Positions 9,458 through 19,460 of a stretch of 64,000 bases of DNA are shown piece after piece. Location: NCBI GenBank assembly GCA_965116885.1, contig OZ220741.1, positions 992,001-1,056,000 on the forward strand, given 5' to 3'. The stretch's first letter is position 1. Each line of letters begins with the position of its first letter. A model generated the notes under the pieces. That model was not told where the DNA came from and searched no databases. It was given only the letters and a program-made list of their open reading frames with translations. Origin of the DNA: Candidatus Latescibacterota bacterium. GTDB lineage: Bacteria > Latescibacterota > UBA2968. A program made the position numbers and the translations under genes.

Positions 9458-11242
9458 ATGAACGTCTTCCTCCGCCTCGTCACCTATGTTCGCCCTTACC
9501 TGGGCCGCGTGTGCATCGGCATCGGTGCCACCCTCGTCATGATCGGCCTGGATGCCGCGCAACCCCTGCTCATGCGCGAAGTCATCGACAACATCTTAAC
9601 CCCCTACTTCACAGAAGGGAATTATATTGGCGGCGACTTCTCCGACACAAAAATCGCAGCCGACTTCGACCGCCTCCAATACTACGCCCTGCTCCTCCTC
9701 GGCGTCTATATCCTCCACACCATCTTCAGCTTCATCAACCGCTACCTCCTCAACCGAACGGGCCAGGACATCCTCTTCAGCCTCCGCGTCCAGGTCTATG
9801 ACCACCTCCAGCGCCTGGGACTGCGCTTTTACAACGACCGCAGCACAGGCGAACTCATGTCGCGCGTAACCGCCGACGTCGAATCCCTCCAATACACCGT
9901 CACAGACACCCTGGAACGCGTACTCGTCAATATCGCAACCATCATCATCTACGGCAGCATCCTCTTTGGCCTCAGCTTTGAACTCGCCCTCATTACCCTG
10001 TTGCCCATGCCCATCTACAGCATCCTCATCATCTTTTACAACCGCACCATACGCCCCTATTACACCATGGCGCGCGAACGCATAGCCGACATCAGCGCCC
10101 TCTTGCAAGACAACCTCTCCGGCATCCGCGTCATCAAATGCTTTGCCCGCGAAGGCCACGAACTCTCTCGCTTCACCCAAAAATGCAAAGCCTTCCTCAC
10201 CATCAGCATCACCATCATCAAAACCCGCGTCGCCTTCTTCCCCCTCGCCCGATTCATCATCTCCATGGGGCCCCTCCTCGTCCTCCTCTTTGGCGGGCGA
10301 CAAATCATCTCGGGCGACCTCACCATCGGCACCCTCTTTGCCTTTCAAAGCTTTCTCTGGCGCTTCTACGGCCCCGTAGAAAGCCTCACCCGCATCAACG
10401 ACACCATCGTGCGCGCAGCCGCCTCAGCGCGTCGCATCTTTGAAATCCTGGACACCCAGCCCGAAATAAAAGACACCCCCAACGCCCGCCCCTTTGACCG
10501 CCTGAACGGCCGCGTTGAATTTCAAAACGTCACCTTTGCCTACGAACACGGACCCCCCGTCCTCTATGGCGTATCCCTCATCGCACAACCCGGGCAACTC
10601 ATCGGCCTCGTTGGACCCAGCGGCGCGGGCAAAACCACCATCATCAACCTCATCTGCCGCTTTTACGACCCCGACGCCGGCACCGTGTGCGTTGACGGAC
10701 ATGACCTCAAAAACATGCAACGCGCATCCCTGCGCAGCCAAATCGGCATGGTCTTACAAGAACCCTTCCTCTTCAACGGAACCATCCGAGAAAACATCGC
10801 CTACGGCAAACTCAACGCCACCGAAACCGACATCATCAACGCCGCCATGATGGCCAACGCCCACGACTTCGTCTGCGGATTCCCGGACGCTTATGACACC
10901 CACATAGGCGAACGGGGCGTGCGCTTATCCGGCGGCGAAAAACAGCGCATCTCCATCGCCCGCGCCATCCTCAACGACCCGCGCATCCTCATCCTGGACG
11001 AAGCCACATCTTCTGTTGACACCGAAACCGAAATGCTCATCCAAAACGCCCTCGAACGCCTCATGGAAGGCCGCACCACCTTTGCGATCGCCCATCGCCT
11101 ATCCACCGTGCGCCGCGCCGACTGCCTCTACGTCATCGACCGCGGCAAAATCGTCGAATCCGGCACACACACCCAGCTCCTCGCCAGCGACGGCCTCTAC
11201 GCCCGCCTGTGCGACATGCAATTCGCGTTGGAAGAGGTATGA
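9458..11242 (+). CDS. ABC exporter, fused TMD-NBD (MsbA-like type IV)
   Basis: GPSGAGKTT Walker A, LSGGEKQR signature, ILILDEATS. Confidence 0.95.
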   Translation: MNVFLRLVTYVRPYLGRVCIGIGATLVMIGLDAAQPLLMREVIDNILTPYFTEGNYIGGDFSDTKIAADFDRLQYYALLLLGVYILHTIFSFINRYLLNRTGQDILFSLRVQVYDHLQRLGLRFYNDRSTGELMSRVTADVESLQYTVTDTLERVLVNIATIIIYGSILFGLSFELALITLLPMPIYSILIIFYNRTIRPYYTMARERIADISALLQDNLSGIRVIKCFAREGHELSRFTQKCKAFLTISITIIKTRVAFFPLARFIISMGPLLVLLFGGRQIISGDLTIGTLFAFQSFLWRFYGPVESLTRINDTIVRAAASARRIFEILDTQPEIKDTPNARPFDRLNGRVEFQNVTFAYEHGPPVLYGVSLIAQPGQLIGLVGPSGAGKTTIINLICRFYDPDAGTVCVDGHDLKNMQRASLRSQIGMVLQEPFLFNGTIRENIAYGKLNATETDIINAAMMANAHDFVCGFPDAYDTHIGERGVRLSGGEKQRISIARAILNDPRILILDEATSSVDTETEMLIQNALERLMEGRTTFAIAHRLSTVRRADCLYVIDRGKIVESGTHTQLLASDGLYARLCDMQFALEEV

Positions 11243-11243
11243 C

Positions 11244-11786
11244 ATGGACCTCATGATACAACAACTCATCCCCGAAACCATTGACTTATGTCAAAACGGC
11301 GACAGCCTGGTCCTCTTTGCCGACGGAGAAGAGCGGCACATCGATCACATCGTGCGATGTTTTCCCTTTTCCACGCCCGACCAATGGATCAGCCTCCGCG
11401 ACCGGGACGGAACCGAACTCGGCCTCTTGCCCACACTCGACGGACTAAACACACAATCCCGGGCGCTCATTGAAGAACACCTCAAAGACCGCTACGACAT
11501 CCCCAAAATCCAGACCATACGCAACATCGAAAGCAACAAAGAGGGCGGCACAACCTGGGACATCGACACCAATGCGGGACCTATGAGCTTCACAATCCGC
11601 GGCGACCAGAACCTCAACCTCAACGCATTCCCCGAAATCGTATTCACCGACGCCATCACGCGCAAACGCTACAAAATTCCCGACTATACCAAACTCGACC
11701 GCGTCAGTCAAAAAATCGCCCGCGCGTACCTGCCCATGAGCTCTCGCCACTACTCCGGACGGCGCGGGGGAAGGAGCAGGAGGTGA
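11244..11786 (+). CDS. DUF1854-family protein
   Basis: VRCFPFSTPDQWISL..ELGL..RY.IPKI..I..WDIDT..G motifs; DUF1854 genes commonly follow such ABC genes. Confidence 0.75.
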   Translation: MDLMIQQLIPETIDLCQNGDSLVLFADGEERHIDHIVRCFPFSTPDQWISLRDRDGTELGLLPTLDGLNTQSRALIEEHLKDRYDIPKIQTIRNIESNKEGGTTWDIDTNAGPMSFTIRGDQNLNLNAFPEIVFTDAITRKRYKIPDYTKLDRVSQKIARAYLPMSSRHYSGRRGGRSRR

Positions 11787-11846
11787 ATTAAAAATTAAAA
11801 ATTAAAACCAAAATCAAAAGCGAGGTAAGGATGCTGTCGCGTACCT

Positions 11847-11880
11847 AAAAAAGCCGACCACAATGTGATCGGCTTTAAAA
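11847..11880. terminator. Bidirectional terminator
   Basis: aaaaaagccga-ccacaatgtga-tcggcttt between convergent genes. Confidence 0.65.
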
Positions 11881-11923
11881 ATAAAGGCTCGGGGCAATGC
11901 GCTCCAGATGGGACAGGTCCTCC

Positions 11924-12181
11924 TCAATAATGATAACGAGCCTGTAGAAAATTAATGCGCTCATGGGCGACGTGATAGACAATGCGGTGTTCGCGTGTCA
12001 AACGACGAGACCAGGTATTGCGGTCAAAGTATTTGAGTGGTTCTGGTTTGCCAATCCCTTTGAAAGGATCTCGCAGGATAGCTTCCACAAGTGTCAAGAC
12101 GCGAAGGGCTGTCTTGCGATCAGTTTGAACCCAATAGTGCAGGTCTGCACGAAATTCTGGATGAAAAACTGCATCACGCAT
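11924..12181 (-). CDS. yoeB: Txe/YoeB toxin
   Basis: DL.YW..DRK..DPFKGIGKPEPLK..WSRRLTREHRIVY..QARYHY. Confidence 0.95.
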   Translation of the reverse strand: MRDAVFHPEFRADLHYWVQTDRKTALRVLTLVEAILRDPFKGIGKPEPLKYFDRNTWSRRLTREHRIVYHVAHERINFLQARYHY

Positions 12182-12183
12182 TA

Positions 12184-12471
12184 TTATTCCAGCCCAACCT
12201 CTCGACGCAAGTCATCAACGGATTGAGCGGGTTCTGTTCCGGCTTTGGCTCGGTTTAGAGCAGTTGCCAATCGTTCCGCATTTTTAGGTGAACTGAGAAG
12301 ATGAGCGGTTTCTATAAGGCTGGAAAGCTCGGACGCAGAAATCAGAGCGACATCTTCATGCCCTCGACGAGTGATAATGACGTAATCATTGTCATCCGTC
12401 ACATCTTTGCAAAGACTGGCAAGCCTATCGCGTGCCTGAGTGCAGGTAAATGTCCTGGTCATATATTTCAT
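12184..12471 (-). CDS. yefM: Phd/YefM antitoxin
   Basis: ARDRLA..VIITRRG..SLIETAHLLSSPKNAERL. Confidence 0.93.
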   Translation of the reverse strand: MKYMTRTFTCTQARDRLASLCKDVTDDNDYVIITRRGHEDVALISASELSSLIETAHLLSSPKNAERLATALNRAKAGTEPAQSVDDLRREVGLE

Positions 12472-12598
12472 AATAATATCCTGCAAAAAAATGACGGGCG
12501 AGGCATGCCTCGCCCCTACACACTATATCCTTTACAGTACGGGCGAAAAATCTTTCGCCCCTCTTTTTCATCTGCGTTCATCTGCGTTCATCTGCGGA

Positions 12599-14068
12599 TC
12601 ACCCTTCACCCTTCCCACTTCTTCTCAACCCCATCATCTTCGACGCGATCTCGACCTCCTCGGCAAACGCCTCTGCCTCATCGTCATACGTATCAAACGG
12701 ATCGCGGAAACTCAAATGGAATTCATTCTCCAAATACACCGAATCCCAATCCACAATATACCGCACCCGATTTTGCGACAGCGTCTTCACCATCGCCGCC
12801 CGCGCCTTTGCCCGCGTATCAGCCGGAGGCGTCCCACAAGCCTCTTCAACGCGCTCATCCGTCAGCACCCGCTGCATCTTACCCTGCTGCACCAGATCAA
12901 AATACAACCCGCGATTGGGATCGATATTGTGATACTCCAAATCCAAACTCTGCAACCACGGATCGTTCCAGCTCAAATTCTCCGACTCGCGAAACGCATC
13001 CAACAACCACTTCTTAGCCACCCAATCCAAACGATCTGTCAACTGCATCGGATCGGACGCCAGATCATCAAGCGTGCGCTCCCACTCATCCAGCACCCAA
13101 TCTGACTCCTCATCCAAACCCCTCAAATGGCGTTGCGCCAAATCCAAATACGTGCGCTGTATATCAATAGCCGAAATAGACCGCCCATTCTGCCGGTCCA
13201 AAATCCACTTATGTGTCGGATCCCGCGAAATCTCCTTCAATGCCCACACCGGATCTCCCAGTTCCACATCCTGGGGAAAAATTTTGCGCTCTAAGAGATT
13301 CAGCACCATCGCAGTCGTACCAACCTTCAGAGCCGTCGCATACTCCGACATATTCGAATCGCCCACCAAAAGGTGCAAACGGCGGTACTTGCTGTGATCG
13401 GCCAGCGGTTCATCTCGCGTGTTGATAATCGCGCGAGAAAACTGAATCCACTGATAAATCTCTGTAACAATATGATCGGCACGCTGAGAAATCTGGAAAG
13501 AAATCGCATCCTCTGTATCGGCGGCTTCTCGCACATTTTGCCCATAATAATAAAAACTATCATCATAACTACCCACGCGACCTGCACCGCAAAAAATTTG
13601 GCGCGTCACCAAAAACGGCAACAACGCGGGAATAACAACCGTTGAAAACGGCACATTGCGCCTGACCAGATAATTTTCATGACAGCCAAACGTCGCACCC
13701 GTATAATGATCGATATTATTCTTCAAAAACGAAGCTTCTTTGGCCAACCCCAGCGCGTGCAATGCCCGATACAAAATACAATCGCCCGCCCGATCAAAAG
13801 CCACAATATCCCACAACCCCATACACTCCGGCGTGGCGTATTCCAGATGCCCCATATCGATATAAACCCGCCCCGCATTAAACAAAAAACCCCCATTGCC
13901 CGGGGGTTCATCCCGTCCGCGATAGTGAATATCTACAACCCCTATTCGGTCAACGTGAAAAATGTGATCCTTTACCTTCACCGAAATCGTATCTGGACTC
14001 ACAAAACCCTCGTGCTCGGGTGCCAAACACCCATACTCGGTTTCTATGCCAAAAATGCGATCTCTCAT
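12599..14068 (-). CDS. pafA: Pup/UBact-protein ligase PafA homolog
   Basis: RIFGIETEYG, GGFLFNAGRVYIDMGHLEYATPEC, GCHENY, INTRDEPLAD..YRRLHLLVGDSNMSE, LDWVAKKWL, DLEYH; no Dop loop. Confidence 0.92.
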   Translation of the reverse strand: MRDRIFGIETEYGCLAPEHEGFVSPDTISVKVKDHIFHVDRIGVVDIHYRGRDEPPGNGGFLFNAGRVYIDMGHLEYATPECMGLWDIVAFDRAGDCILYRALHALGLAKEASFLKNNIDHYTGATFGCHENYLVRRNVPFSTVVIPALLPFLVTRQIFCGAGRVGSYDDSFYYYGQNVREAADTEDAISFQISQRADHIVTEIYQWIQFSRAIINTRDEPLADHSKYRRLHLLVGDSNMSEYATALKVGTTAMVLNLLERKIFPQDVELGDPVWALKEISRDPTHKWILDRQNGRSISAIDIQRTYLDLAQRHLRGLDEESDWVLDEWERTLDDLASDPMQLTDRLDWVAKKWLLDAFRESENLSWNDPWLQSLDLEYHNIDPNRGLYFDLVQQGKMQRVLTDERVEEACGTPPADTRAKARAAMVKTLSQNRVRYIVDWDSVYLENEFHLSFRDPFDTYDDEAEAFAEEVEIASKMMGLRRSGKGEG

Positions 14069-14077
14069 GGGAACCTC

Positions 14078-14872
14078 TCAGTCTGCCTTGAACTGCGCCA
14101 GCGCGGGCGCAATTTCTTCTGCATCGACATTGCGGTACTTATTCTTCCCCAACTGCGACCGCCCCAGCACCACCGCCTCCACCTCCAGATCCACCAACTC
14201 CGTCTCAAGCACATCAGCCACATCGACCGCCCCGGCCACCTGCTCCAACGCGTCAGCATCTGTAGGCACCTCTTCCATCTTCCCAATCCATCGCCCTATT
14301 GCCCAGGCGCGAAGCGCAGCACCTGCGGCATCTGACAAAGACAACGCCCGCGTATCCAACCCCGACAACTCGCGCACCATCATCACATCCGCCTCCACAA
14401 CACCCCCCACAGCAACACATCCCTCGTGCCGATAAAACGCACCATCGTAATCCACCGTATAAAAAATCTGCGCCCCCTCCTGCCCATCCAACTCCGCCAG
14501 AAGCACCCGCGCCAAAAACGGAGACCTCACCACATCGTCAAACCCCGCCTTCATCGCAGGACCCAGACCAAAATACACAATCTGGCGCAACGTCACATCG
14601 TCCTCAGAATAATTAAACCCAATCGAATGCGCCATATCAATCGCAGCCTGCCTGAGCTTCTCGATATCCGTCGAATGCCCAATCGCCGCGAGCCCGATGC
14701 AATCGTACACCTCAAACACCTTTTGCTGACTCTGCGACAGCGTCAGCAACAAAATCCCATCCTCGTACCCCACACCCACAACCGGACTCCCCGTCCGAAT
14801 CTGATCTTCAATATACTCGCGCCGATTCGCAACAGCCTCTGCCCAGCGATACGGCTCATCTGACAACATCAT
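14078..14872 (-). CDS. prcA: 20S proteasome alpha subunit
   Basis: RREYIEDQIRTGSPVV..GILL..KVFEVYDCIG..DIEKLR; position in operon. Confidence 0.9.
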   Translation of the reverse strand: MMLSDEPYRWAEAVANRREYIEDQIRTGSPVVGVGYEDGILLLTLSQSQQKVFEVYDCIGLAAIGHSTDIEKLRQAAIDMAHSIGFNYSEDDVTLRQIVYFGLGPAMKAGFDDVVRSPFLARVLLAELDGQEGAQIFYTVDYDGAFYRHEGCVAVGGVVEADVMMVRELSGLDTRALSLSDAAGAALRAWAIGRWIGKMEEVPTDADALEQVAGAVDVADVLETELVDLEVEAVVLGRSQLGKNKYRNVDAEEIAPALAQFKAD

Positions 14873-15672
14873 GCGCGTCCCGCCTCCTCCCCATCCACAT
14901 ATTGAACGTAAAGCTCCCGCAACGCCTCGGTCTCGATCTCCGCCAGACCCGACGCCGTAATCGTCTTCACCGACGGAAAAATATCAGCCGACCGCTCGTA
15001 TCGACCCGTTGCCGAATCGTATTCTGACGCCGTATCCAGAAGCTGAAGCGCGTGCCCGATTGCCGCATCGCGATCCATCTCCACAAACCGCCGACCGCCC
15101 CAGCGATTCAAATAATACATCGCCCCGCGAATCGCCGGCGACCCCGACCCCGTCGTCGTAAAATCGGCACTCTCGAACTGCGCCCCCAGCGCATCGTAAA
15201 AATAAATTTTACCCCGCGCATCCACCTGGTCATACGTCGCAAAAATGGGAATCACAGCACCAATACCCTGCATCGCCATCGGCAAATTATCCTTAATCAA
15301 CAGCGACAACCGGCGCAACTTCGCCTGCAAACTCATCTCCTGAAGCAAACGACGGCGATAATACTGAAACGCATGCTCCAAAATCCGCGCGATCTCAAAC
15401 GCAATAGACGGCGATCCCGAAATCGCCATCACCGAATACGCATCCAGATCGATCACCTTATCCGCGCGGTCGTAAAGCACCATATTGCCCGCCGTAGCGC
15501 GGCGGTCGCCCGCAACGAGCACCCCATCGGCATATTGAAACGCCAGAATCGTCGTCGCATCCGTCGGCACAAAAGGCAAATCGCGCTCGGACTGAACATC
15601 GCCCAAATTCTCACCCGGGAACCGGTAGCCCGTCTGCCGCAGCAAATCGACAAAATCCCCACCCGATTGCAT
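14869..15672 (-). CDS. prcB: 20S proteasome beta subunit with 39-aa propeptide
   Basis: TTILA..AGDRRATAGN..ADK gives Thr1/Asp17/Lys33; GSGS and DSATG motifs. Confidence 0.95.
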   Translation of the reverse strand: MQSGGDFVDLLRQTGYRFPGENLGDVQSERDLPFVPTDATTILAFQYADGVLVAGDRRATAGNMVLYDRADKVIDLDAYSVMAISGSPSIAFEIARILEHAFQYYRRRLLQEMSLQAKLRRLSLLIKDNLPMAMQGIGAVIPIFATYDQVDARGKIYFYDALGAQFESADFTTTGSGSPAIRGAMYYLNRWGGRRFVEMDRDAAIGHALQLLDTASEYDSATGRYERSADIFPSVKTITASGLAEIETEALRELYVQYVDGEEAGRA

Positions 15673-15675
15673 AAG

Positions 15676-15867
15676 CTACTCGCCTGTACGCTGGCGATAA
15701 CGCCGCGCCTGATTGGGATCAACGCGCCGCATGCGCCGCAGCAAATCGCGCGTGTCTGGCCGCTCCACCTTCGGGCGTGCGGGACCACCATCGCCATCAT
15801 CACCCGGACCAGGACCTCCCGGATCAACTGGCTTCGTCCGTCGCTCAAACTGCAAGACCTTATCCAT
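15676..15867 (-). CDS. ubact: UBact ubiquitin/Pup-like modifier
   Basis: 63-aa disordered protein ending LLRRMRRVDPNQARRYRQRTGE (R[ST]G[EQ] terminus); lies between dop and prcB; AGGAGG RBS. Confidence 0.93.
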   Translation of the reverse strand: MDKVLQFERRTKPVDPGGPGPGDDGDGGPARPKVERPDTRDLLRRMRRVDPNQARRYRQRTGE

Positions 15868-15892
15868 TTACGGCCTCCTTGAAAAAATGTCT

Positions 15893-15976
15893 GACCCCTC
15901 CCCCGGCCCCTCCCCGAGACGGGGAGGGGAGACAGGATCCCCCCTTCCTCTCAGGAAGGGGGTTAGGGGGTAGGTC
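15893..15976. repeat. G/C-tract composite palindrome (copy 2), supplies dop stop codon
   Basis: Reverse complement of the 8636-8720 element; dop TAA at 15963-15965 lies inside it. Confidence 0.85.
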
Positions 15977-17498
15977 CTAATTCCTCCAACGCCTCTAAAA
16001 AACTCTCCAGCGTCTCCGAATTATCGAGCACCTCATTATAACGCGCCACCCGCCCTGCATCCACCAATAATTTCATATCCACTGCATGCTGGCGGCCATT
16101 GCGCTTAAACACAATGCGATCCCAGTTAATCGACGACACATAATCGCCGAACTTCTCCAAACTGCGCCCTCGAAAATACGCCCGCGTACCCGAAGGTGGT
16201 TCCGACATCGCCGTAGCCACCTCATCATCGCCCACCAGACGCACCATCTGCCCCTGCGACTCCATCAAATAATACAACCCCGCATCCCGATCCACATTGC
16301 TATACTCCAGATCCTGACTCTGCATCCAGAACAAATCATCGGGATTATCCCACGCCAGATTCTCCACCTCGCAAAAACTATCGATCAACCACTTCTTTGT
16401 CACCCAATCGCACACACCCACCAGATCCATCGGATCGCGGCTCAACTTCTCCAACACATCGCCCCACGCCGACAACACCCAATCCGTCTCCTGATCCCGC
16501 CCGGCAAACTCGCGCCGTGCCAAATTCAAAAACGCATCCTGAATCTCAACCGCGGGAACGAGGCGATGGCCGGGACCCTCCACCTCAACCAACCACGCAT
16601 GCGACTGATCCCGCGCGATATTCTTCATCGCCGCAATCGAATCCTTCAGCCGATAATCCGGCAAACAATCCGCCTCAATCAAATCGATCACCAGCGCCGT
16701 AGTCCCCACCTTAAGCGCCGTAATATACTCCGACATATTGGCATCGCCCACAATCACATGCAACCGGCGATAGCGCGCTGCATCTGCGTGGGGTTCATCG
16801 CGCGTATTCACAACCGGACGCTTGTGCATCGTATCCACACTCGCGATCACCTCAAAAAACTCTGCGCGCTGCGACAACTGATAAATCGGTGCGCGATCCT
16901 CCCGCTCAACCCCCACCTTGCCGGCCCCGCAAAAAATTTGCCGCGTGGGGAAAAACAGCAACAACCCCTTCAATATACGCTCGAAAGGCACCGAGCGATC
17001 CATCAAATAATTCTCGTGACACCCATAGCTATGCCCTTCAAAATCCGTATTGTTCTTATACATCCGCACAGTGCCCTGATCGAGCATCTCCGTCCGCCGC
17101 TGCGCGCAAATATCCACAATGCGCTCCCCCGCCTTATCCTGTGCCACAAGCTCGAACAAACTCGTACACTCACCCGTCGAATACTCCGGATGCGTATGAT
17201 CGTTGTAAAACCGGGACCCATTGTAAATAATCAAATCACTCTTCAACTCTTTAAACGGAATTTTCCGCTTGCGATCCTGTTGCAAATGCACCTTTTCATC
17301 GACATCATTCAACAGATTTTTAACCTCAAACCCCCGCTCATCCCGACGGGGATTCTCCAGCCGATAATCCCACAACGGAACAAAAGTCCCTTGCTGATAG
17401 CACCGAATCAACTGCATCGACTCTTCGACCACATCGACCCTATCCACCTCGTCAATCGTGATTCCGTATTCTGTTTCTATACCGAATAAGCGCGTCAT
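15963..17498 (-). CDS. dop: Deamidase/depupylase Dop homolog
   Basis: RLFGIETEYG, Dop loop WDYRLENPRRDERGF, NGSRFYNDHTHPEYS, GDANMSE; start ATG 17498 just after the arc stop. Confidence 0.92.
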   Translation of the reverse strand: MTRLFGIETEYGITIDEVDRVDVVEESMQLIRCYQQGTFVPLWDYRLENPRRDERGFEVKNLLNDVDEKVHLQQDRKRKIPFKELKSDLIIYNGSRFYNDHTHPEYSTGECTSLFELVAQDKAGERIVDICAQRRTEMLDQGTVRMYKNNTDFEGHSYGCHENYLMDRSVPFERILKGLLLFFPTRQIFCGAGKVGVEREDRAPIYQLSQRAEFFEVIASVDTMHKRPVVNTRDEPHADAARYRRLHVIVGDANMSEYITALKVGTTALVIDLIEADCLPDYRLKDSIAAMKNIARDQSHAWLVEVEGPGHRLVPAVEIQDAFLNLARREFAGRDQETDWVLSAWGDVLEKLSRDPMDLVGVCDWVTKKWLIDSFCEVENLAWDNPDDLFWMQSQDLEYSNVDRDAGLYYLMESQGQMVRLVGDDEVATAMSEPPSGTRAYFRGRSLEKFGDYVSSINWDRIVFKRNGRQHAVDMKLLVDAGRVARYNEVLDNSETLESFLEALEELGPTP

Positions 17499-17499
17499 A

Positions 17500-19146
17500 T
17501 CACACCACGCCATGCCCGTGGGCGCGTCGTTCTCGCCTGGGGCGAATCGGTGCTGCGCGCACCACATTTTCCGGATCGTAATCCAGCAACTTCAACCAAT
17601 CCTCTGTATTATCCGTCGGCGGGAAAATCTCATTTTCGCTATACTCCGTCTCAATCCCCGCGAGCAAATCGTCAAACCCAATCCCGTCTTCCGCGCCAGA
17701 AGCAATACACCGCTTAATCGCAATCTCCTTCGCACGCTGCGCAATAGACTCGAGAATGGCCCCACTACACAGATCTCCGCGACTCAACACTTCCTTCCGA
17801 CCGCTTCTAAGCGTCACCTCCAAAAAGCGCGTATCATCGCGCCTGGCATATATCTCTGCAATCGCGCGCGCCACCAGATCGTCAACTGCTGCCTGCACAT
17901 TGCCCTCATGCGCGTTCAACACATCTTCTGCAAGCGGCAAATCAGCCGTCAAATAAATACCCAAAATCTCGCGCGCCGCATCCATATCCGGTCGAATAAC
18001 CTTGATCTTGCGATCAATTCTCCCCGGACGCAAAATCGCTGGATCGATCAAATCGGGACGATTGGACGTCAAAATAATCACCACATCTTGCAGAGACTCG
18101 ATCCCATCCATCTCGGAACAAAACATCGGCACAACCGTATTTGAAATATTGTGCGACCGAATTGCCCGCCGCGTCCCCAAAACCGACTCTGCCTCGTCGA
18201 TAAACACCACCGGCAAAAACCCCTCGCGCCGCTTCTCCCGCGCCTGGGAGAAAATCTCGCGCACCTTGCGTTCGGACTCTCCCAACCACATATTCAAAAT
18301 CTCGGGACCCTTAATATGCATAAAGCACGCCTTGAGATTCAGGCCATCTTCCTGCACCTGCCGCTCCAGATTGTACGCCGTCGCCTTCCCAATCAGCGTC
18401 TTGCCGCACCCCGGCGGACCGTACAGCAAAAACCCCTTGGGCGTACTGTACTGAAACCGCTTAAACAACTCCGGATGCAACACCGGCATCTCAATCGTAT
18501 CTTTAATCGCCTGAATCGCATCCTGTTGTCCCCCGATCTTCTCCCACGGCAAATCGGGAACTTCCTCCAGATAAAAATCCTTAACCTCGGAATGCGGCAT
18601 CTTCTCCAGCGCCACGCGAAAATGCGGATCAATCCGCACCTCTTCGCCCGCCTTCAAAGCCTCGGCCTCCAGGTCTGCCCCTCGCAGCAAAACATGCGTC
18701 TGCGAACCGTGTTCTTGCCCCACCTGCAAACGCCCATCGTCCAGCACATCGACAATTTTGCCCACAGTCCCCGACGGAGACTCGCCCATATCGCCCACCA
18801 CGGCAAACGCCTCATTGACCAGCACGCGCGTACCCACCCTCAACCTGCGGTCATCCAGCCGCGAATCCACATTCGCATAATACTCCGCCCCGCCCACCGT
18901 AAGATACGCGATACCATTCTCGGGCGGTGCCAACAGCGTCCCCACCCGATTGGCCGGTGCCGTCACCTTCTCCAGCGCCCCTTCCAGTTCCACAATCGTG
19001 CGCCTCGCCTCCTCAAACGTAATCTCATCCTCCTGAAGTTGCCGGCGCAACTGGTACAACAGGGGCCGCCGTCTATCCGTCTCATCCATCGTCATCAAAA
19101 TCTGATCGATAATCGACAACGACTGAAACGTATGCTGCATATCCAC
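17500..19146 (-). CDS. arc: Proteasomal AAA ATPase ARC/Mpa homolog
   Basis: N-terminal coiled coil and OB region, LEEVPD, GPPGCGKT, IKGPEILN..GESER, FIDE, SNRPDLIDPAILRPGRID, SGAILESI. Confidence 0.95.
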   Translation of the reverse strand: MDMQHTFQSLSIIDQILMTMDETDRRRPLLYQLRRQLQEDEITFEEARRTIVELEGALEKVTAPANRVGTLLAPPENGIAYLTVGGAEYYANVDSRLDDRRLRVGTRVLVNEAFAVVGDMGESPSGTVGKIVDVLDDGRLQVGQEHGSQTHVLLRGADLEAEALKAGEEVRIDPHFRVALEKMPHSEVKDFYLEEVPDLPWEKIGGQQDAIQAIKDTIEMPVLHPELFKRFQYSTPKGFLLYGPPGCGKTLIGKATAYNLERQVQEDGLNLKACFMHIKGPEILNMWLGESERKVREIFSQAREKRREGFLPVVFIDEAESVLGTRRAIRSHNISNTVVPMFCSEMDGIESLQDVVIILTSNRPDLIDPAILRPGRIDRKIKVIRPDMDAAREILGIYLTADLPLAEDVLNAHEGNVQAAVDDLVARAIAEIYARRDDTRFLEVTLRSGRKEVLSRGDLCSGAILESIAQRAKEIAIKRCIASGAEDGIGFDDLLAGIETEYSENEIFPPTDNTEDWLKLLDYDPENVVRAAPIRPRRERRAHGHGVV

Positions 19147-19225
19147 ATAGTCCTGAAGAAAATCTTCAGGTGACTTTCTCTGACGATCAGAATCATTGGT
19201 ATTGATAGCTGACCCCCTCTCTGTC

Positions 19226-19378
19226 TGGATCAGGATTTACAGGATTTAAGGATGGACAGGATAAAGGCAAAAGCAAAACCTCTGTCTGAATCAGGATTTA
19301 CAGGATTTAAGGATGAACAGGATGAAAGGCAAAAGCAAAACCTCTGGATCGCGGCTCAACCCCATGCCGCGATAACGG
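19226..19378. repeat. AGGAT-periodic repeat (two tandem units) plus CTGGATCGCGG hairpin
   Basis: atcaggatttacaggatttaaggatgRacaggat..aaaggcaaaagcaaaacctctg twice; related copies near 5149, 33843, 34099, 46128, 56952. Confidence 0.85.
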
Positions 19379-19460
19379 ATACTATCATTCTTAATTCCTA
19401 ATTAATACCATATCTCAAAACCCGTGTCAAGCTGTGAGACGGGCGAGGCATGCCTCGCCC

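Noticed and set aside
9458..11786. Cyanophycin-associated ABC/DUF1854 module
   Set aside because: No cyanophycin synthetase or cyanophycinase in the window, so the function cannot be supported
19226..19340. Possible CRISPR array
   Set aside because: Only two near-identical units, no unique spacers, no cas genes; belongs to a dispersed repeat family
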